The position numbers were made by a program, and so were the translations under genes. From Eubacteriales bacterium (GTDB lineage: Bacteria; Bacillota; Clostridia; Oscillospirales; CAG-272): a stretch of DNA of 63,062 bases. The stretch covers positions 1-63,062 of the forward strand of contig JAZSGE010000148.1 of the NCBI GenBank assembly GCA_045532575.1. The letters run 5' to 3'. Shown here in pieces: positions 57,231 to 63,062 of the stretch. How positions within the stretch are numbered: position 1 is the first letter of the stretch; the number at the start of each line of letters is the position of its first letter. The notes beneath the pieces are model-generated. The model was not told where the DNA came from. It saw only the letters and a list, made by a program, of their open reading frames with translations, and ran no database searches.

Positions 57231-57980
57231 ATGAACAAGACTCCCGTAAGACTCCAGAAGTATTTCACCGACTGCAACGTGATGTCGCGCCGCGCGGCCG
57301 AGGCCGCGATCCTCGCAGGCGAGGTGACCGTCAACGGTCACCCTGCCATCCTCGGACAAAAGATCCTGCCGGGGCGTGACCTCGTGGTATACCGCGGCAA
57401 GCCGATCGTGGCCGCGCGGAACCGCGAGCATACATACATTGTCCTGAATAAGCCGCGCGGCTATGTCACGACCTCGAATGACCCCGAGGGACGTCGCTGT
57501 GTCCTCGACCTACTGCCCCCCGAATGCGGCCGTGTCTATCCCGTCGGCCGTCTCGATATGGTCTCCGAGGGCATCCTCCTTCTGACCGATGACGGCGATC
57601 TCGCCAACAAGCTCACCCACCCGGGCCACGAGGTACCGAAGGTCTACCGTGTCAAGGTGGCCGAGGCGATCACGCGTGAGCAGCTCGAGGCGCTCCGCGC
57701 ACCTATGGAAATTGATAGCTATACCATCGAGCCTGTCGAGACCGACGTCAGCGATGTGACCGAGACCGGCACCGTCCTCAAGATGACCCTCTACGAGGGC
57801 CGGAACCGTCAGATCCGCAAGATGTGCGCCGCCGTCGGGCTTACCGTCAAGCGCCTCTCGCGTGTCTCGATCGGAAAGATCAAGCTGAACGGCCTCGCCG
57901 TCGGCGCCTGGCGCTACCTCGATGAGCATGAGGTCGCCTACCTGAAGCAAAGCGCCGAAAAGAAGCGTCCCCGCACCTGA
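57231..57980 (+). CDS. rluB: Pseudouridine synthase (RsuA/RluB family) with an S4 domain
   Basis: 249 aa. PVGRLDMVSEGILLLTDDG contains the catalytic Asp motif. GRNRQIRKM. Confidence 0.88.
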   Translation: MNKTPVRLQKYFTDCNVMSRRAAEAAILAGEVTVNGHPAILGQKILPGRDLVVYRGKPIVAARNREHTYIVLNKPRGYVTTSNDPEGRRCVLDLLPPECGRVYPVGRLDMVSEGILLLTDDGDLANKLTHPGHEVPKVYRVKVAEAITREQLEALRAPMEIDSYTIEPVETDVSDVTETGTVLKMTLYEGRNRQIRKMCAAVGLTVKRLSRVSIGKIKLNGLAVGAWRYLDEHEVAYLKQSAEKKRPRT

Positions 57981-57985
57981 AAAAA

Positions 57986-58019
57986 GAAGACACAGCACAC
58001 TCGCTGCGTCTTCTTTTTT
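57986..58019. terminator. Terminator between rluB and the convergent oxidoreductase gene
   Basis: gaagacacagc-acactc-gctgcgtcttc (one mismatch) followed by T6. Confidence 0.7.
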
Positions 58020-58081
58020 GTCTTTCTACCCAAAAATCATCGAAATTTAGCAATATATTTCAAGGCAGGAGACTTCTTCCC

Positions 58082-59401
58082 TTATTTTTGCCGCTTGATC
58101 CTCACATCTCCGTTGGCAGGCCCCGTCAAGCACTCCCCCTCCGCCGAGAAACGGGAGCCATGGCAGGGACAGTCCCACGTGTGCTCGCGTTTGTTCCACG
58201 TAAGAGCACACCCGAGGTGCGGACAGCGCGGTACCGTCGGTGTCAAAAACCCCACCGCACTCTCGGCGAGATTGACCGCCAGCTGAGGCCGCAGGATCGA
58301 CCGCCCGGGATCAAACAGCGAGGCATAGGGATTTCGCCTCCCCACCACCAGATCGGTCAGTAGTCGGGCGGCCACCATGGCAGAGGTCATCCCCCATTTG
58401 TTGAAGCCGGTCGCCACATACAGCTCGCGCGTCCCCCTCGCATAACGGCCGATGTACGGCACGTCGTCAAGCGTCATGCAATCCTGCGTGGCAAAGCGAT
58501 ACTCGATCTCGGCCGAGGGGTACTCTCTCCGCGCCACCTCCGCAAGCTCCTCCCAGCCACCGCCGCGTTTTCCCGTGCGGTGTGCCCCACCGCCAAGCAA
58601 AAGATGCTCTCCGTACATGCGGAAGGAAAGACCGCGCATCCTCTCGTCCACGTACATCCCCTCCAAGGCAGGCGCCCCACGGAGCCCCAGAACATACGAG
58701 CGATGCTGATACATTTTTAAAAAATACAGGCCGTGACTGTTGAAGATCGGGAAATGCGTCGCCACGATCACACGGCGCGCCCTTACACGCCCCCGCGTAG
58801 TGACGACCGTGCCGTCTCCGGCATACGCAATCGCCGCCGTCTTTTCGTATATCGAAAGCCCGGGCACGAGCCCTGCCGCCAGCTTCACGGGATTCAGCTG
58901 TCCTTGATCCTTAAGCCGCACCGCTCCCGCTACGGAGAACGGCAGAGGGAGATCCTCGCGGTATTCCCCGGGGATCCCGAGGCGCGCAAGCGCCGCCATC
59001 TCACGCTCGATCCTGCGCCGATTGTCGCGCGAATACACGAAGGAGTCCTTTGTCTCCATATCACAGTCAACGGTGGCGGCAAGCTCACGATACGCCCTGA
59101 GCGCCTCTCTGTTGGCTTCATAATACATAAGCGCACGCCCGGCGCCCCATCGACTTAACAGCTTGTGGTAGATAAGCCCATGCTGCGCCGTGACCTTGGC
59201 TGTCGTATTCGCGGACACACCGCCCATAATACGGTCTGCCTCAAGGAGAATATACTCCACCCCCTCGCGCGCAAGCATCGTCGCGCAAAGGATGCCTGCA
59301 AGACCTCCGCCGATGATAAGCACGTCGGTCTCCCGATCTCCGGGGAGCGCCTGAAATTTCGGGAGAGTCGCTGTTCCCTCCCAAATAGATCCTTTCTGCA
59401 T
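58082..59401 (-). CDS. FAD-dependent oxidoreductase fused to a C-terminal Rieske [2Fe-2S] domain (YhfW-like)
   Basis: 439 aa. VLIIGGGLAGILCA dinucleotide fold. CPHLGC..CPCHGSRF Rieske ligands. Confidence 0.8.
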   Translation of the reverse strand: MQKGSIWEGTATLPKFQALPGDRETDVLIIGGGLAGILCATMLAREGVEYILLEADRIMGGVSANTTAKVTAQHGLIYHKLLSRWGAGRALMYYEANREALRAYRELAATVDCDMETKDSFVYSRDNRRRIEREMAALARLGIPGEYREDLPLPFSVAGAVRLKDQGQLNPVKLAAGLVPGLSIYEKTAAIAYAGDGTVVTTRGRVRARRVIVATHFPIFNSHGLYFLKMYQHRSYVLGLRGAPALEGMYVDERMRGLSFRMYGEHLLLGGGAHRTGKRGGGWEELAEVARREYPSAEIEYRFATQDCMTLDDVPYIGRYARGTRELYVATGFNKWGMTSAMVAARLLTDLVVGRRNPYASLFDPGRSILRPQLAVNLAESAVGFLTPTVPRCPHLGCALTWNKREHTWDCPCHGSRFSAEGECLTGPANGDVRIKRQK

Positions 59402-59463
59402 TCTTGTCCTCCTGTACTGTGCGACCGCGCAATGGAAAAACGCAATTCTTTTTTCCGAAATGA

Positions 59464-59492
59464 TTGACCTTTTCTTTCGTTAGTATTATAAT
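59464..59492 (+). promoter_or_regulatory. sigmaA-type promoter for the MATE gene
   Basis: TTGACC, 17 nt, TATAAT. Confidence 0.65.
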
Positions 59493-59532
59493 AGCCTTAT
59501 ACTATGCTTTCTATTCTACCGGGAGGATGGCC

Positions 59533-61005
59533 ATGCTTCATCGGTCTTCAGTCAATATGCTTCAGGGCTCGATCCTGAAGGGGCTCTTGCAGATCTCGAT
59601 CCCCATCATGATCATGAATGTGGCGATGAACCTCTTCAATATCGCCGATATGACGGTTCTCCGTATCTTCGCCGCCGAGGATACCTTCGCCGTCGGCGCC
59701 GTCGGTGTATGCGGCCCCCTCATCACCCTTATCACGGGGCTTCTTATCGGATGCTCGGCGGGCGCCAACATCGTGATCGCCAAGTACATCGGCATGGGGC
59801 AACGGGAAAAGGTCGAGCGTGCCACAGGCACCGCCGTGCTTTTTGCCCTCGTCGGTGGGGTCGCTTTGTCGGTCATCGGCGTCTGCTTTGCCGAGGTCTT
59901 TCTCCGCTGGATGAAATGCTCCGAGGCCCTTCTCTCGGATGCCGCCCTCTATTTCCGCATTTACTTCGCAGGATTGCCGCTCCTGATGGTCTATAACTTC
60001 GCCGCGGCCATTCTCCGCTCAAACGGCGATTCGCGCCGCCCGATGATCTTTCTCCTCCTCGGCGGCTCGGTCAACGTCGCCTTTAATGTCCTCTTCGTCG
60101 CCGGTCTTGGGATGACCGTCGCCGGTGTCGCCCTCGGCACCGTTCTTTCCTGGGTCCTGATGATCGTCCTTGCCCTTCGTGCACTCTTCAAAAACGAGGG
60201 TGCCACAAGGCTGAAGCTCTCGCGCCTCCGCTTTTACGGCCCCGAGCTTAAGGAGATCCTACGGCTCGGTATCCCCGCAGGCCTCCAGCAAGCCCTCTAT
60301 TCGATCGCCAACGTCATCATTTCGACCGCCGTTAACAGCTTCGGCCCGGCGGCAACCACGGGGATCTCGATCGCCAATAACTTTGACGGCATCCTCTATC
60401 AGATTATTGTTGCCCCCTCGCTCGCCGTTATGCCCTATGTCAGCCAGAATATCGGCAGCGGCAATATCCCGCGCGCCCACCGTTCGGTCCTTGGCGGCAT
60501 CCTTATCACGGTGAGCTTCGGTGCCACCGTCGGCGCCCTCTCCGCCATCTTCTCGGGGCCCCTCTCCTCGATCATGTCCTCCGACCCCACCGTTATCGCC
60601 TATTCGCAGGAGAAGATGGTCATTATCTCCTCTACCTACTTCATCTGCGGCATCAACCATATCCTTACCGAGGCCCTGCGCGGTAGCGGCCACCCCAATA
60701 TCCCCACCGTAGCCACCCTCATCTATATGTGCCTGTTGCGCTTTGTCTGGGTCTATGCCTTCTTCCCCCCTCGTGCCGAACTTCACCTTCCTCTACCTCG
60801 TCTGGCCGGTCGGCTGGATCCTCTCGATCGTAACCCTTCTTCCCTTCTATTTCACCACCTTCCGCAAGCTCCGCAAGGAAAGAGCCCCCTCTCCCCAAAA
60901 GGAGCTTATCGCGTAACACCCGCCGCTCGGCATAAAAAGAAAAGCAAAAAACCACGCGATAGTCGCGTGGTTCAAAAGAGGTTTACCGATGAGGAGAAAA
61001 ATTAG
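59533..61005 (+). pseudogene. MATE-family efflux transporter with an apparent +1 frameshift at a C6 run near the 3' end
   Basis: Start at MLHRSSVNMLQGSIL, 6 nt after GGAGG. After 60765-60770 the in-frame tail is P/R/K-rich nonsense. The adjacent frame encodes a proper last TM (NFTFLYLVWPVGWILSIVTLLPFYF) and stops at 60916. Confidence 0.7.
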
Positions 61006-61035
61006 CACCCCCCGTTTCACGGGGGGATATTTATT
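61006..61035. terminator. Bidirectional terminator at the compositional boundary
   Basis: ccccccg-tttca-cgggggg, flanked by A/T-rich tracts. Confidence 0.7.
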
Positions 61036-61042
61036 ATTCCAC

Positions 61043-62350
61043 TTAAACGATGGGCGGCGGAAACAATCCCTTGAGCTCATCAACGGTATTGGCCTTTTCC
61101 CAAGTTGCCATACCCTGTTTCCACACCAAGCTATCAGGCAAAAGCTCACCCGATGATACCATTTCAGCAAGCTTAGAAATGTCATACGGTCCTGTCGGGT
61201 TTCCGTCTTTGGCTACGTTATATGCGATAGTGGGGATGGGCGGAGGCGTAGCAACAGAGCCGTTGCCGGACAGAACACCGTTCATAACAGATGCAATATT
61301 CTGTCCCACAGCACCACCAACAGCCATACTTGCCATCATGGCCGCCGGATTAAATCCCATGCTGCCACCGCCTAAGTCCACACCGCCCGCATTATTAGCC
61401 CCCATTTGGCCGAGGGCCTCCGCACCGGCAACGCCGACTTCTGCCTGCTTTTCAACCTGATATGCACCAAGGTTAGCACTTTGCGCTTGTTTATGGGCGG
61501 CATATTGCCCCTCTTCACGTTGAATGCGCAGAGTTTCTGCATAATGCTCAATATCTGCCGCAGTTTTTGCGTGAACGGTCGCCGTAGTAACATCCTTTGT
61601 AATTGCCACAAGCTCTCGGTAACCGCTACTCGATTTATCGATCTCAATCGCACCAATATCTACGCCCGAAACAATAACACCGAAGGTTTCCTTCAATCGG
61701 TTGCTGATATCGCACTCAACGGCATCGTTGATCATTGCGGTCTTGGCTTCAATCTGAACCACGGGAATATTGTGCGCCGCAGGCGCGTTGGCGACAGCAT
61801 CTTTAACGTATCTGCTTACGGCATCGCGGATTTGCTCTCGAAAATTATCCAAGTTAAAGTTATCAAGCCTATGTAATTTGATAAACTCGCGATACTCTGC
61901 AATCTTAAAGCTGATAGTACCTCTGACAGTAACCGGTACAGCAAAATCGGGATAGCGAGGATCGCACACATCAAAATACGGAACGACAATTCTTGCTTGT
62001 ATAATATGTGCCAGGTTTATGAAATACACTTCCGCCTGAAACGGCGTATCGCCGCCAACGAACGCCCCCAAAATTCCCGAAAGCACAGGAAGGTTCGCCG
62101 TTTTGATTTTTGCATCATACGGACCTACTATATAATCCTGCATTGTGCCATCCTTCTGCTTGTATACGAATACGGCAACCTCGCCGTCCTTTACACGCAA
62201 GGAAGATCCCCAACGGATAGCATATTCCCTCTTATGTTCGCCGAGCTGTGTTCCGTCAGGATGCCATTTCCATATCAAATAGGACGGCTCATCACAACGG
62301 ATAATATCAGCAAACAAACCTACTTTTTTATTTTTCTTAAAAAGTCCCAT
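61043..62350 (-). CDS. SPFH/band-7-type protein (YdjI / COG4260-like) with a Gly/Ala/Met-rich linker and a C-terminal GYF_2 domain
   Basis: 435 aa. The N-terminus (LIWKWHP..IRWGSSLRVKDGEVAVFV) resembles my recollection of B. subtilis YdjI. The C-terminus (GPYDISKLAEMVSSGELLPDSLVWKQGMATWEKANTVDEL) is the GYF_2 pattern. Confidence 0.7.
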   Translation of the reverse strand: MGLFKKNKKVGLFADIIRCDEPSYLIWKWHPDGTQLGEHKREYAIRWGSSLRVKDGEVAVFVYKQKDGTMQDYIVGPYDAKIKTANLPVLSGILGAFVGGDTPFQAEVYFINLAHIIQARIVVPYFDVCDPRYPDFAVPVTVRGTISFKIAEYREFIKLHRLDNFNLDNFREQIRDAVSRYVKDAVANAPAAHNIPVVQIEAKTAMINDAVECDISNRLKETFGVIVSGVDIGAIEIDKSSSGYRELVAITKDVTTATVHAKTAADIEHYAETLRIQREEGQYAAHKQAQSANLGAYQVEKQAEVGVAGAEALGQMGANNAGGVDLGGGSMGFNPAAMMASMAVGGAVGQNIASVMNGVLSGNGSVATPPPIPTIAYNVAKDGNPTGPYDISKLAEMVSSGELLPDSLVWKQGMATWEKANTVDELKGLFPPPIV

Positions 62351-62366
62351 AGCATTCTCCCCATGC

Positions 62367-63062
62367 TTATTTGTAATAAAGAATTATGATTTTTTTATCC
62401 TGAGTAAAACTTTCATAAGCCTCAAATTCGGTAACACCATCAACGCTAATACTTTTGATTCTTCCAGACCTATGAAAAAGCGAGCCGCCATCTTCGCGTA
62501 CCTCAATGTATGCAAATCCTTTATCACTCAAAATCTGAACTATTTCTTCATATGGCGATCCTTGTATTTCATCAGAAGAAAGTCCAATGTTGATGTAATC
62601 GGGCGTGCCATAACGTGTCAAAATGATCTTGACATCCTGTGAGTACTTAGAATCCTTTTCAAAAGTTGAAATACCATCAAAAGAAACGCTTTCAATGGTA
62701 TCCGAAGGATTATCGGGTGACCACGGTATTTCCTTTAATTCTATGTAAGCAAACCCCTTATCCTCTAACAGCTCCCTCGCCTCCTGGTAGTCCAATCCTA
62801 CGATATCCGTCGAAGAAAAACCGAGAGTAATAGTTTTTGGCGACGCATTGTATTTAATTATAATTTTTGCATCACCTGCAAACCGCTTACCTTTTCTGAA
62901 ATTAAAGTCGCCGTCCACAGAAATACTCATCACTTGGTTAACATCGCTAGCACTATCCCACGGAACTTCTGCGACTTCGATATTAGTAAATCCCTTGCTT
63001 TCAAGGTCCTTTATCGCATCTTTGTAAGAAAGTGAGCAAAAATACTCATCTTTAGCACCAAT
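62367..63062 (-). CDS. Protein with at least three PASTA-like ~70-aa repeats (5'-partial; the ORF runs off the window edge)
   Basis: The reading frame stays open from 62934 to 63062. Repeats: ..YKDAIKDLESKGFTNIEV.., ..YQEARELLEDKGFAYIEL.., ..YEEIVQILSDKGFAYIEV... Each ends in a V/I-x-S-V-D-G..K-I-I-I strand. Confidence 0.6.
   Translation of the reverse strand: MGAKDEYFCSLSYKDAIKDLESKGFTNIEVAEVPWDSASDVNQVMSISVDGDFNFRKGKRFAGDAKIIIKYNASPKTITLGFSSTDIVGLDYQEARELLEDKGFAYIELKEIPWSPDNPSDTIESVSFDGISTFEKDSKYSQDVKIILTRYGTPDYINIGLSSDEIQGSPYEEIVQILSDKGFAYIEVREDGGSLFHRSGRIKSISVDGVTEFEAYESFTQDKKIIILYYK

Overview
This is a 63-kb chromosomal segment. Hand counts of sample 60-nt rows give about 60% GC in the core. 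Gene content points to a spore-forming Clostridia-type Firmicute (spoVT, pdaA, ytfI/ytfJ, dacB, lgt, Prp-processed L27). About 90% of the window is tightly packed, syntenic housekeeping DNA. That includes pgi, folD, lgt, prfA, coaE, galE, rplU-prp-rpmA, the rsfS/yqeK/nadD/yhbY block, ftsY-smc-rnc-plsX, trmFO-topA-dprA, infC-rpmI-rplT, lon-engB and scpAB. I found no CRISPR array, tRNA, rRNA, transposase or integrase. Many of the long ORFs in the track are antisense shadow ORFs or over-extended N-termini, and I give corrected starts where an RBS supports them. rpsU (58 aa) is missing from the track and I recovered it by hand. Six places deserve a second look. (1) A hairpin-dense tandem repeat array sits at 1-445, with identical 50-nt units, two terminator-like copies and structure-preserving variation; it may be an ncRNA or a MITE-like element and continues off the left edge. 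(2) One gene fuses a VTT/DedA domain, a PlsC acyltransferase and a zinc ribbon, inside a glycerophospholipid-flavoured neighbourhood. (3) A two-gene operon encodes a protein with 20 cysteines (including CCVCCC) and a 134-aa P-loop ATPase. (4) A YbjN-like protein with a poly-acidic tail lies next to a solitary ParC/GyrA-like subunit. (5) The MATE transporter appears frameshifted at a C6 run. (6) From about 61.0 kb to the right edge there is a low-GC island encoding a YdjI-like SPFH-GYF protein and a protein with PASTA-like triple repeats. All functional calls rest on motif recognition by eye; I ran no database search.
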